Shown: piece by piece, positions 1 through 13,858 of the stretch
Numbering within the stretch: position 1 is the stretch's first letter
Layout: the number at the start of each line of letters is the position of its first letter
Origin: Chromera velia
Taxonomy: Eukaryota
Length of the DNA stretch: 60,477 nt
Reading direction: 5' to 3'
NCBI GenBank assembly: GCA_018398765.1
Contig: JAHBMJ010000016.1
Coordinates: forward strand, 1-60,477
Notes under the pieces: model-generated
The model's input: only the letters and a program-made list of their open reading frames with translations
What the model was told of the DNA's origin: nothing
The model's database searches: none
Translations under genes and position numbers: made by a program

Positions 1-33
1 ACACACACATACACACACATACATACATATATA

Positions 34-122
<89 letters not shown>

Positions 123-182
123 ACACATACATACATATATACACACATACACACACACACATACACACACACACATACATAT

Positions 183-226
<44 letters not shown>

Positions 227-310
227 ACACATACATACATATATATACACACACACACACACACATACACACACACACATATATATATACACATACACAC
301 ACACACACAN

Positions 311-363
<53 letters not shown>

Positions 364-408
364 ATAGACAGACAGACAGACAGACAGATAGTCTAAGACA
401 GACAGAGG
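1..408. repeat. Microsatellite tract (CA)n/(CATA)n, then (CT)n and (GACA)n, with an N join at 310
   Basis: Directly visible simple repeats; single N at 310. Confidence 0.95.
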
Positions 409-485
409 ATTATGCATCATAATTATATAATCGAAAGCCAAGCTTTCCTTCTCTTCCCCCCACCCCACCCCATACAGCCACTCAC

Positions 486-2465
486 CTATCTCCCTGTAAG
501 CTCCAACCCAGTAGCCCCGCCTGATATCTCCGAGTTTGCCTACCTTCTGGTTTGGGTCGGCAAAGAAAAAGTTCAGACACTCAAAGGGCAGAGCGGCTGT
601 CAGTTGGATCCATATCATCACAAAGGTCACCTGCATGCATGTAGACAAGAAACAAAAAGAATAAGGATCGAGGTAAAGCTAATGAGTGTGATGGATCGAT
701 CATCGAATTCCTTTAAATTCAGTTTTATGCAGCATGACAATTTAATAAAGGATGCATGGGGTGGAAAGCTAGCCTAAGGCTGATAGTTACTCCGCCCGTT
801 CGATCTTGGTCGAGGAAGGAAAGGATCTTTGGAGTGGCGCAAAATTCTTCTTAGTTGAGGGGGAGAAAAAACAACAGGGAAGATTTACTTGCTTACTGCC
901 TTGCTTAATTCCTTACTCACCCACTCACTCACTCACTCACTCAGTCACTGTCTTACTCACTCTCAAACAAACAAAGAAACGAATGGAAGACAAAAACTTC
1001 ATGACGAAAAGACGGATGAAGGGACGAAAGGACGGATTAACAAGCATACAGAAGAAATGCACTGACCCCCTTCTACTCGTAGTTGCAGTACTTATATTGC
1101 AGGGAGTGATCCTCGTGGAGGCATGTGTGGTACTGGCCCTGAATTTCAAAACATACAGACAAAAAGACAAACTGACATACATACATACAAGCAGAGAGGC
1201 AGACAGAGGTAGATAGACAGACAAACAGAGAGACAGACTAACATACATATATATATATACACGCAGAGATCTTGAGGCAGACAGACAGAAAGATAGATAT
1301 ACAGACAGACAAACATACACGTGGAGAGGCAGACAGACTATATGTTTACAGACAGGTCGACAGACAGTCTGAGACCAACATACAGAAAATAAAGGTAGAT
1401 CAATTTGCTTCTATGTATCATTTTGATGCAAATTAAAGATACAGGTTGTATTTGCATGCATGCCTTTGCATGTGTTCTGGCGATTCGACTGACTTTTTGT
1501 TTGTGTGCACATATTTCTGCAGGTGACGTTCATGGGTGTGCATGTATGATATATGCTGAGATGTCCCCCCCCTCTCCCCCCTGATACGACCGCCGTTGAG
1601 CACTGCGTTATATAAATTAAAAACAAATCAGTTATCATCATGAAAAAAAGTGCTTTAATCGAATTAATTCAGAGCCATTCAGATGCATTTCTTCTTATGT
1701 TTTTGTGCTAGCGTTTGCGATGATAAGTACTAGATAATTTATGGTTTTGAAAAAATATACTGTATATATCTCTCTTTTTACTTTACTTTTTCAAACTAAT
1801 ATATACCACCTTTCATCTTGCTAAAATAAAAAATTAGAGGGCTTAAATAAATGATGAAAATCAAGTAGTTTAAAGGTTAAACTATCTTTTTTAGATCTTT
1901 TTTAGTGTTTTAAAAATTAAAATTTTTAAAGTCACTTTCCAGTACAAAAGTTTTAATTGCCAATACAATCAGTTCAAATGGGAGAATGAAACGAGTTAGC
2001 AAGGTAACTGACTAGTACATGACAGCAAGCAAAATCAAACTCCTAGTCAAACTCGATCCGACCAAACGCACTGGCCGAATAATGAGCGAACGGCGCTATT
2101 GAGGAATTAATTAATCACCCCAAGGCAAACGAGACACACTTATTTACAGGATAGCCCCTTCACAGGCGCATACACGGCCGTACCCACAAGGATAAGAGCA
2201 CTGAGCAGAGTTACCAAAGCAACGACCAGATGAACAAAGCATTGAAGACTGCATGTCACCCTGACTGACTGACTGACTGACTCACTGACTGACTGACTAT
2301 CTGACAGACTGACTATTATGGCCATGCAGTCTAATATATCCAAACATAAACAAACAAACAAACCGATATGACGTCGACCAACCGCGACCAACCTTCCTGA
2401 ATCTGGTCACATCGAAGTGCTCCTGAAAGACGATGAAGTGATTGGGGAAGAGTGAGGCCATTACC
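486..2465 (-). CDS. Fragmentary multi-exon gene, possibly a membrane protein or pseudogene; runs off the left edge
   Basis: Minus-strand exon-like blocks lie between microsatellite introns. 630-486 has cag|...|gtgagt borders and reads VTFVMIWIQLTAALPFECLNFFFADPNQKVGKLGDIRRGYWVGAYREI. Other candidate exons at ~1066-1139, ~2150-2248 (hydrophobic LQCFVHLVVALVTLLSALILVGTAVYAP) and ~2365-2463. Not joined into one frame. Confidence 0.35.
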
Positions 2466-2576
2466 TGCATCACATGCAGAGACAGAGACAGAGAGAGAGC
2501 AAGAAGGAGGGAGAGACAGAGAGAGAGGGGGGGGGAGGGGGGGGATAGATAGATAGACAGACAGACAGATAGACAA

Positions 2577-2611
<35 letters not shown>

Positions 2612-3408
2612 CTGTCAGACAGACAGACAGACAGACAGAAAGACAGACGGAGAGACGGAGAGATAGACAGACATGTAGACAAGGAGACAGAGAGACAGAA
2701 AGAGAGGGAGAGGGAGAGAGAGAGAGAGAGAGAGAAAGAGAGCTACAGGAACAGATACGCGGGTTTGGAGAGAAATGCGTAGACAAATATCTGCTCACAC
2801 TCTTTTTTTGTATTGTAAGGGTCAGTTGGCGTTAGAGGTTATGGAGTAAACAAGAAAACGCTTCAATTGCCTCAATTTTTGAATAAAACATTTCGACAGC
2901 AGACACCTCCTTGATCTGAGATCGACTGAACATGCATCCAGAGAGAGCGGTCTGCTGAATGATATATTATTATATCAATCTATCCTAATATACCGTTTGG
3001 GCGTTGCAAATAAGGTACTTGCAGTTGTTCTTCAGAGGGATAGACTATATAGGAGATGGATGGAGCCATCGTTTCATTCTCTCTGCAATTAAGCAAGTAG
3101 CCGCAAGTAACTCAATCCAGCAGACATGCAGAAGAATATAGAACGAACGAACAAGTGTAAGATCCATCAGCTCAGATCACATCCATCATTCTTTCTTTCT
3201 CTTCATCCCTTCACTAGCATTAAACTTTTGCTTCTATCGGCTTCTATCTATTTATCTATCTACCTACATGTCATTCTATTTGTAGCCTCCCCATTGATCT
3301 TGAGATAGACAGAGAGCATTTTGGCGTTCGTTCCCCTCAAAGACGTAAAGCTTTCTTCTGCGGGAAGTAGCACCAAGAGGTTGCCAAACAGCGGACAACT
3401 CAATCATG

Positions 3409-4239
3409 TAAATTAAAACTACTTAAGACTGTAGGAACAAATTATTCCAACCCACCTGCTTGTGCCCCTTAGAAAACCTATGTACGTATGCATATACATG
3501 TACAATGAACAAATGTTATACCCACAGACCTCGGCAGCCCATCACCGAAGGAGACGAGGTCGGCCTGAGCCCCTTTTTACTTGACCTTCTCTCTCTCCTT
3601 CTGTACGACCGTGGCAAGCGATCCGAGGCTGCATTTATTCATTGCCAGGTACAGTCAGTGCAACAGTGCATGCATAAATAAAACGCATGAAAAAAGAGAT
3701 CTGCATGTATCAAAAGAGAGCCGGCCTCATGCCGGCCTTATGTATCTATCGGTCTGCGGTTTCTCTCTCAGAATCCAGAAAAGCCCGGAAGGAAGGAAAA
3801 ACTTATAGGTGGTGGGAGTGTTCCCCCTTTGATTCGAGCGCTCGTTTCTTTGTTCTTCTGTAGCTAATTTGTCCCTTTATTCAGTAAAATCGCCCCTCAT
3901 ACACGGGGACGCGGCATGCATAACAAAAACCTCAATCAACAAATTGCTCATATTGCTTTTCATTTTTCTTGCTGACATATACACACATTCAAAGATTCAC
4001 CACCAAATTTAAAGCCAACGGATCATCTACAAATACGCCTATACCCACCCGCACCCAGAGACTCTCACAAAGATAGAAGAGAAAGATTTCGGCAGGCAAA
4101 GAGTAAAATTTGGCACCGCTTCCAGAGGCAGACAGGTGCCGAAAGGAAGGAAGAAAGATCCTTGCAGACTATGGATCGAGGGAGGGGGGATCCCGCAGGA
4201 TTAACTCCCCACCACACACATACACAAACATAGATATAT

Positions 4240-4276
<37 letters not shown>

Positions 4277-4311
4277 CACATATACACATACACACATACA
4301 CATACAACATG

Positions 4312-4357
<46 letters not shown>

Positions 4358-4392
4358 CACATATACACATACACACATACACATACAACATG

Positions 4393-4432
<40 letters not shown>

Positions 4433-5264
4433 NTAAATTAAAACTACTTAAGACTGTAGGAACAAATTATTCCAACCCACCTGCTTGTGCCCCTTAGAAA
4501 ACCTATGTACGTATGCATATACATGTACAATGAACAAATGTTATACCCACAGACCTCGGCAGCCCATCACCGAAGGAGACGAGGTCGGCCTGAGCCCCTT
4601 TTTACTTGACCTTCTCTCTCTCCTTCTGTACGACCGTGGCAAGCGATCCGAGGCTGCATTTATTCATTGCCAGGTACAGTCAGTGCAACAGTGCATGCAT
4701 AAATAAAACGCATGAAAAAAGAGATCTGCATGTATCAAAAGAGAGCCGGCCTCATGCCGGCCTTATGTATCTATCGGTCTGCGGTTTCTCTCTCAGAATC
4801 CAGAAAAGCCCGGAAGGAAGGAAAAACTTATAGGTGGTGGGAGTGTTCCCCCTTTGATTCGAGCGCTCGTTTCTTTGTTCTTCTGTAGCTAATTTGTCCC
4901 TTTATTCAGTAAAATCGCCCCTCATACACGGGGACGCGGCATGCATAACAAAAACCTCAATCAACAAATTGCTCATATTGCTTTTCATTTTTCTTGCTGA
5001 CATATACACACATTCAAAGATTCACCACCAAATTTAAAGCCAACGGATCATCTACAAATACGCCTATACCCACCCGCACCCAGAGACTCTCACAAAGATA
5101 GAAGAGAAAGATTTCGGCAGGCAAAGAGTAAAATTTGGCACCGCTTCCAGAGGCAGACAGGTGCCGAAAGGAAGGAAGAAAGATCCTTGCAGACTATGGA
5201 TCGAGGGAGGGGGGATCCCGCAGGATTAACTCCCCACCACACACATACACAAACATAGATATAT

Positions 5265-5275
<11 letters not shown>
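3409..5275. repeat. Apparently identical direct duplication (offset 1025 bp) across the N join at 4433, probably an assembly overlap
   Basis: The block starting TAAATTAAAACTACTTAAG at 3409 recurs at 4434. Identical ORFs at 3460/4485 and 3581/4606. Both copies run into a (CA)n tract. Confidence 0.85.
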
Positions 5276-5300
<25 letters not shown>

Positions 5301-7323
5301 ACACATACACACATATACATACATACATACATACATACATACACATACAGACATACACAGACACACACACAAGGGGAGAGGAAGAGGAGGATGAGCAGGA
5401 GTAGGAGAGAAAAGAAAGGAAGGAGGTACAAAGTGCATGACAGTCGCTCACTGACGTACAAAGGCTTGAAGAGCCTCTGGAAAAAAACAACTCCGAAGCG
5501 CCGGAGCATTGCTGCTTCTTGGTTGCACAGACAGGAAACACGCACACACAGAGCTAGAGATCTACACATGCAGACACAACATCTAGCTGTGCATAAACGT
5601 CGGCGGAAGAGAAATTTAAAGACATAATATCTGGAGAAGCAACTTGGAAGTGGGCGTACATGGCAAAAGCCTAAACACAGAGAGAGACAGACAGAGTTCG
5701 ACAGGTTGTATGGCAAATAACTGACTGTACTGAGAATTGAAACTTTTGTACTAGAAAGTAACTTTTAATTTTCTATATATCACACTAAATTCTACATAAA
5801 AAACTAAGTCTTTAAAGCACTTAGAATAATTCTATTTATTGTTTTTACCTGTATGAAAGTATGGACAACTTTTAAAGATAAGGTTTAATGGGTGTGTGGT
5901 GTGTGTGTTGGAAAGTGAGTGAGGTGAAAGAGTTATAGTATGTTGATGTTGGGGAGTGATTGCAGACTCTGCAGGTACTGCAGACATATGACAATACGCA
6001 GTGTAATGCACAAACAAGCTAACTTTTACTTCTAATGGAATACGCCGAATCCGCATACTGATGTAAGGAGGGAGCACACAGCGGGCAACCCCCATGAAAG
6101 GTAAGAATGAATGTCTGCAAACAGATCTGCCGATTTGACACCCACAGAAAGCAGTTCAACCAAACACATGTTGAGCACTATGACCGTGCAAGAGGTAAAT
6201 GCTTAGCTTCTGAAAGTCTGATCGGTCCATGGTCTCTGGCCAGAGCGCCTTGCCCACGACCGGCCATCACAGCGTTCTAGCTTGCTTTTTCTGGGTGAGG
6301 CTCGGCACTGGGTCTTAGTCCACTCAGGAGCCCTACCTCCAAATTCTCATGCGGGCGGGAGCTGCGCCTCACTCCCACAACTTCAGATCACCCGAGATTA
6401 CCAGCCGCAATGCTTCCTCACGAAACCCAAGCACCGACAAACGGTCCTCCGAGAAAGGCTCAGTCTGACCTGCAGCACAGATGTGCAAAAATTCACAAAG
6501 TGGCTCACCTTCTGGCCACCCAGAGCTGGCCCCCTCATCCAGAAAGCCTTTCCAGCTCCTCATCTAGAGCTTGTTAGAGCGCACGCACGGAAGGGATTCA
6601 CTGGAAGCTTTACTGGGGCAACTTTGTAGGCCCCTTTGTGTGGAGACGGGCCGTGCCCACCGTGATGGAAGATCGAAATGGCCCTCTCAGGGCAACCAGT
6701 AAAGTGAATGTCATAAACCCAAGAAAAGGCAAAGAAGCCAATCCTTTGGGCTTTCGATAAAGCCTACTTTCATCGCTGGAGAGCAACTAGGAGAGCAAGT
6801 CTGTGTGATGGGAGAGAGGCGGCACTCTCATCTGCGAGGTCGTGCTATAGCTCTGACTTGAAACATGCTAGCCGATTTTGGGAGCCGATTTTTGATCGGC
6901 CAGCCGTGTGACGGTCCCGGAAGGCAAGCTACGCGTTGCGGACCAGGGCCCGGCCGGCCGCCAAGGCCAAAAAGCACTTCCCGGCTGCGCACTGTCAGAC
7001 CCATCAAAATGCCTGAAAAATTCTCTGTGGGGGCCCCCATGCACGGACCCTATTAAGATCCCTCGGTCTCCGCGCGAGTCTCCCACACTTTCCTATGGAT
7101 GAATCCCACACTGATTCAACATCACTGAACTGCCTTTCAACGAAGCCTTCAGACACGAAAGTCACACTCGCTTCGAAAGCAGGTGGTCTGTTTTTGTCCA
7201 CATTGCCCTTTTCTGTCACTGAAATCCACTGAAGTGTTTGTATTCTTTCATTGCGCTCTTACCCCCTCATTTACTCCTCAGAGACGGGGCTGTTGAAAAA
7301 ACACTCCAAGCCTTTCGATCGGC

Positions 7324-8903
7324 ATGAGGTCGTCTGCGTCGAAAATACAGCGGGCACTGGCCGGGTCCTCCCGCTGCCTCACTTCCCGTCCCCCCCCCTC
7401 TTTGGCTTCCCCTAACTACAGATTACTGTCGGTGGGAGCGCAGCGGTGCCTTTCCACTGAGGGCATTCCGAAGGAGCTGTGGAGCTTTCCTTCGACAGGT
7501 GAGCAAAGTCGAGGTCGTCGCCCTCTCCGCTCTCCTCTTCCCCTTCACTTGTGCTGTGCGATCGAGTGCTTTCTTAGTCATTCCAATGAAGTGCATCGCT
7601 CTTTCTGTGCTCACTCAGAGGTGACGACCCTAAGTAACGGAATCAGGGTAGCAACGAGCAGGACCCCAGACGAGACGGCAACTGTGGGCCTTTGGGTTGA
7701 CTCAGGGTCCAGGAACGAAACTTGGGAGGCCAACGGGACCGCACACTTTCTAGAACATATGGTCTTCAAGGTAGGTTCCTGCCAGGTTTCCTTCTTCTTC
7801 TCACTCGGATACGATGATGCCTCCAGTAGGAGCACCCACATTGGCATTGGCATGCCTCTCTGTCTCCACTTGGAGGAAGAGTTTGCAGAGGTGCAAATCA
7901 AAAGTAATGAATGTATCGATATCGATATCAAGGTGTGGACGACCATCTGATGCAAGCTTCTTTCGTGACCTTCCCTGATGTGCCTTTTTTCTTTTTCTTT
8001 CTTTCTTCTTTTTTTCAGGGTACGGCCGGCAGGTCCCGCCTCCAACTAGAGCAGGAGATCGAGAACATAGGGGCACATCTGAACGCCTACACATCCAGGG
8101 AGCACACAGTGTCAGTCAGTCAGTCAGTCAGTCAGTCAGTCAGTGAGTCAGTCAGTCAGCCAGTCAGTCAGTCAGTCAGGGAAGCCGGCAGGCAGTCAGG
8201 CAGGCAGTCAGTCAGTCAGTCAGTGAGTCACTCAGTCAGTCAGTCAGTCACTCAGTCAGTCAGTCAGTCAGTCAGTCAGTCGGTCAGTCAGTCAGTGAGT
8301 CAGTCAGTCAGTGAGTCAGTCAGTCAGTCAGTCAGTCGGTCAGTCAGTCAGTCAGTCAGTCAGTGAGTCAGTCAGTCAGTCAGTCAGTCAGTCAGTCGGT
8401 CAGTCGGTCGGTCGGTCGGTCGGTTGGTCAGTCAGTCAGTCAGTCAGTCAGTCAGTCAGTCAGTCAGTCAGTCAGTCAGTCAGTCAGTCAGTCAGTCAGT
8501 CAGTCAGTCGGTCAGTCAGTCAGTCAGTCAGTCAGTCAGTCAGTCAGTCGGTCGGTCGGTTGGTCAGTCAGTCAGTCAGTCAGTCAGTCAGTCATCTGGT
8601 AGGCTGCCTGGTCGCAGTGCCAGGTGCTCGCGGGGGATCAGAGAGGATGAGGCAAACAGAGAGACAGAACAGATGCGGTTGGTTGGGGGGACAAAACAAC
8701 GCAGGCAGGTGCTGAGTGTCTGCCGGCGGCAGAGAGATCGGCAGTAACGGTCACAAAACAGAGAAGCGAAGAGAAAACAGCAACGGGGAGGAAGACACTG
8801 GCTTGTCTCTGGGATTGTATTCCTTGCTCATGCATCTTCTGCCTCTCCCTTCCCCCCTTTTTGAAAGAAAGATGCTGCATCAGATGGATGACTCATGCAT
8901 CAG

Positions 8904-8938
<35 letters not shown>

Positions 8939-10781
8939 GTCTCTCTGTCTCTCTCTCTCTGTCTGTCTCTCTCTCTCTGTCTGTCTCTCTCTCTCTGTCT
9001 CTCTCTCTCTGTCTCTCTCTCTGTCTCTCTCTCTCTGTCTCTCTCTCTGTCTCTCTCTCTCTCTCTGTCTGTCTCTCTGTCTCTCTCTCTCTCTGTCTCT
9101 CTCTCTCTCTGTCTCTCTCTCTCTCTCTGTCTTATGAAACCTTCTTGAAGGAGTCCTCGACTGGTTTCCTTCTTGCGCTACGTTGCAAATGGGTGTTCCT
9201 ACTGAGGCAGAACAAGAAAAAAGTTTCTTTCGCCGCTCAAAAGTTATGACCGACCGGGATGGCAGAGAAAGAAGGGAGCCGCAGGTTCAGTCAGTCAGAC
9301 CCATGGATACGGATGCACATCGCCAAGACAACTTCCCTTCTGCTCTCTCCTCTGCTCTCCTCCTGTCAATAAACAAAATTGTTTGTTGTTTGTGCATATA
9401 TGCAGATATTACGGCAAAGTATTCAAGGACGACTTGGGGCAGATGATGGGGATCCTGGGGGACATTATCCAGCACTCCAAGCTGGACACGTGGGCAATGG
9501 AGGAGGAGAGACACACAATCTTGAGAGAGATGAAGGAGGTGTGAGGGCAACAAGAGAAGTGGAGGAATCGTCAGAGAGGAAAAAGCTGCCCTCCTCCCGT
9601 ACTGCTCCTCTGACCTCTGATAGGCAGGAAAAGAGCTGGCTGCTTTCGCTTACAGGCAGCAATGCAAAAAAAAGAGAGAGCCATCGTCTCTTTCTTGTGC
9701 TTTCCTTGCCCTGCCTGTGTCTTCTCACAACATGTTCCTCTTGGCCAAGAGCCTCCCTCATTTTTTTGTTTTGTTTTTTGTATCTTTAGACACAGACAGA
9801 CGCCGTCTCTGACTCTCTGTCCGTCCAGCACGTCTGTTCTGTGTGTTCCTTTCTTTTTGGATGGATGAGAAGATTTCTGTCTGCACTCACTGCTCTGCGC
9901 ACATCAAAGGGGCTCTGCATCCTCTCTCCGTCCCTGTTTGCTTTCTATCTGTTCGAAAGGAAGAAGGAAAGAGAGGAACGACATGCCTGCCTGCCTGTGT
10001 GTCTGCATGCCAACTCTATGCCTGCCTGCCCTGCACCACTCGCAGGTAGAAAGCTCGCACGAAGAGGTGGTCTTCGACAGGCTCCATCAGACAGTCAGTC
10101 CGTCAGTTGGTCAATCAATTTCTTTCTCTGAGTGTCTGTGTAGAGCTGTCAGTCAGTCTCCCTGTTTGTGTGGCAGATAGGAGCCCTTCTGTTGCACAAG
10201 GTGTCTCTCTGTCTGTTTGATGGGTCTCGAGCTGACGGTTCTTTCCTGGTTTTCGCCTGTGTGTTTTTTTGCTGTGGGTGAAACTCCTCCCTGTTCTCCT
10301 CTTCTCCCCCTTCTCCCGGAACATTTATTTCCCCTATTTGCTTTTTCTTTCTTCACGTCTTCTTTCTTTCATTTTGCCGTCTCTGTCTTCTTCCCTTCCT
10401 CCATTTTTTGAATCTCTTAATTTTTTCCCTCTCTTCTCCTGCGCTCTGTCTTCCTTCACGCCATTCTTTCTGCCATCCTGTATGCAGGTGTTTCGGGAAT
10501 CCTCTTTGGGCTTTACTATCTTGGTCGGTCGATGCGTAGGTGGAAGGAAAACTAGGATTGTACAAAGTGTCGCGAGGTGCATAGTGCTACCCTTTTTCTC
10601 GTTTTGACTGTTGGCTTTGCACAATTGGTCCTTCCCTCCCTCACGAATGCTCCCCCCCCACTCACAAGACTAGGTGAGTAAGCAAGACGCTTCATCCATC
10701 CATCAATCAGCAATTGCATGAACCAAATAAACAAACAAAAACACCTTCTCGCTCTTTCTTCCTGCTGCTTGTCTCCCTTCC

Positions 10782-10825
<44 letters not shown>

Positions 10826-13055
10826 ACCTGTCGACTGCCTCCGCCCTGATGCCTCCAGGGTCCTGAGAAGAATATCAGGAGCATCAACCAGCCGATGGTG
10901 AAGGACTACATCTCCCGACATTACACAGGGGAGAGAATGGTTGGTCGTTCGGCACTGCAGCAGCCGGCCTCGTGCATTCGATCCATCTATCCATCCATCT
11001 GCAATGACAGATCATGCAATCCTTCGATTTGTGCCAACTCTCCGCGGTTTCTGCTGATTTCAAAATAAAGAAGAAGACAAAACAAAACATCTGGATGGAG
11101 GGAAGAAAAATCGGGACGGCACTCCGCCCTGCATCCGCTCGCTCGCTCATAGAGTTAATTCATCCATGAGCGTCTCGGCCGGTGGTGTGTATTGTTTCTC
11201 ATTCTTCCTTCTTTGACTGATTGAGCGAGTGTCGCTTTGTGTCTGCATGTCGAAAGCGCTTGTCTGCCTGAATCTTCAGATGTGCTGCACACTTCGCACT
11301 TCGTTTCCTTTCCTTCCCTTCTCTTCTCTTGTTGTTCGATCTTTCAGGTTGTTGTTGCAGTTGGGAATGTTGACCACAAGAAGGTGGTGGAGTTTGCAGA
11401 AGAAAACTTTAAAGCGATCAAGAGGGGGTCGGGGAATCCTGTGGCTGCAGAGAGTCGGGCCAAATTTGTGGGGGGGATGGCGGTGGAGGGGTCAGTGTGG
11501 GAAGGGGGAAGCCGGTGTGGGGGGGTAGATAGACTGGTTGTTGGGTGAATAGGGCGGGAGCGAGACACGGAAGGGAGATGGGGCCGACAGTGGACTGTCA
11601 CTTTTTAATCCAGATTTCTTCTCTTTTTTTCTCTTCTGATCTGTTCCTTCCCTCTGTCCCTCCGTCCGTCCAATTCGAAGGCAGGCAAGCTGACGTTCCT
11701 TCATTATCCCTGGTGTTCTCTTCAGAGAACCCATGCACCTGTGTGCACTGCTTTAGGTGACCTACTTGTCTGCTCGTTCTTCATTCATTTCAATGCAGAA
11801 GTGAGGAGGCCGGCCAGATGGCTCACTTGGCGGTGGGCTGGGAGGGCGTCCCTTGGACCTCTCCTGGTGTGTGTGTGTGTGTGTGTGCGTGTGTGTGTGT
11901 ATTTGTGTATGTATGTATTTATGTATGTATGTATGTGTATGTATGTATGTGTATCCCTTGGACCTCTCCTGGTGTGTGAAAGAGGAGGAGGGGGCTGCTT
12001 TTGCTTGCTTGTTGTGAATGTGTTTTGTAATTTATCATGATGCACCGGTGTGTGGGTCTAGCTGTGCCTTTTGTGCAATGAGCAAATCTCTCTCGAAATG
12101 CGCGCACGTGCCTCTCGGACTCTTGTTTCTCGAGAGAGAGCCGTCTGCCTGTCTGTCTGGCTGGCTGGCTGGCTGTTTGTCTGTCTGTCTGTCTGGCTGG
12201 CTGGCTGGCTGTCTGTCTGTGTGTCTGGCTGGCTGGCTGGCTGGCTGTTTGTCTGTCTGTCTGTCTGGCTGGCTGGCTGTCTGTCTGTCTGTCTGTCTGT
12301 CATGAAGGAAAGAAGGGAGAAGAAGAAACATATAGTCTGTCTGTCTGTCTGTTTGTGTGTCTGCCTGAAACAGAAAGAAAAAGAAACATCATCCATTTGT
12401 ACACCTCTGTATCTCTCATCTGAGTCATTTCTTCCTTCCCTCCTTGCTTGCTTGCTTGTGTGAGAGAGACAGACAAGCAGAAGGGAAATATGTATCGGTG
12501 GACTCATCCTTTGCATTCATGTACACCCTCTGCCTGTCTCTGTGTGTCTGTGTCTCCATCTATCCTTGTGCAGATTCGGTGGCGTTTATGCTGTTCCAGT
12601 CAATCATCGGACAGTACCGACGGGGGGAGAGCGTGATTCCTGGTCGGTCAGTGGGTGAGAGGAAGAGTGGAGACGGGCGGGAGGGAGGAAATCTTGTGAG
12701 ACGAGAAGTAGTGCTGCATGGGTGGGTATCTTGTGGGTCGAATGTCGATCTCTCTGTGCGACTGCGTGTAAGTGTGCTTGTGCGTGCGCGAGTATGAGTG
12801 CGTCCGGTCACGACGTTCGAATAGAGAGCTTGGTCGGGTCGTTGCCGGAAGAGATGAAAACTCTCCTTCGCCCATTCTTTTGTATTGGCCCCTCCTTTGA
12901 TTTCTTCCTTCTGCCATCAGACAAATTCAGTGGGAACAGGGCGGTGCACGCACTCGCACACAACAAGGGCGGCGGGGGTGCAGAACACTTCACTGCCTTC
13001 AATACTTGCTACAGGTTCGTTCGTCTCTTGACTGCCTTATTCACAGACACCTGCT

Positions 13056-13087
<32 letters not shown>

Positions 13088-13096
13088 CACACACAC

Positions 13097-13153
<57 letters not shown>

Positions 13154-13825
13154 CCCCGAGTGGGGTTGGTGAGACGGCCTTGTTGCAAGATCGATCGATC
13201 GATCAGCATTCAACTCACTTGCAATGGAAAGACAGAGACTGCAGACAGTCAGCCAGCCAGACACGCAGGCAGGTAGGCCGACGGTACGATCCTCCCAGGG
13301 TAATCAATTCGATGTGGGTGTTTTCAAAGATTGCCGCACTTTTCATTCTTCCGTGTCGTCTAAGTCTCTTTCTTTCTTTCTTTCTTTCTTTCTCTGTCTG
13401 TCGACCTGTCTTCGCTCCTTCTGTTTCTTCCCTTTTCCCTCCCTCCCTCCCTCATGCACGCACCTGCATGGTCTATCGATCTATGGATGGATGGATGGAT
13501 GCAGGGACACGGGTCTGTACGGATTCTACGTTCAGGTGCGTGCGTTGGTCAGATGGCTGTGGAGTGCAGAAGGGGGTGCAGGGGGGCGGCCTTGGACGCA
13601 GAGAGAGAGGGAAAAAGGCTTTCTTTTCTTGTGTTCTTGTGAGTGCGTCTCAGATTTTGATCATGGGAAACCAGACAGGAAGAAAAGGATAAAGAATCTT
13701 TTTTTTCAACGTGACGCCGCGAAACCTTCGCGTTGAACACCAGCGGGTGTCTGTTGCTCTGTAGGTAGGACAATCTCTCTCTATCCTTTTTCGCATCTCA
13801 GACTCTTTTCTCCCTATGAGGGTGT

Positions 13826-13858
<33 letters not shown>

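Noticed and set aside
3409..5275. 1 kb tandem duplication as a biological event
   Set aside because: The copies look identical, abut a single-N join and end in a microsatellite, which is typical of an unmerged contig overlap.
5832..7219. Short ORFs upstream of MPP-beta
   Set aside because: No recognisable motifs or consistent splice structure.
7911..9249. ORFs with SQSV and LSLS repeats, and similar CVCV/HTHT ORFs elsewhere
   Set aside because: They are translations of intronic microsatellites.
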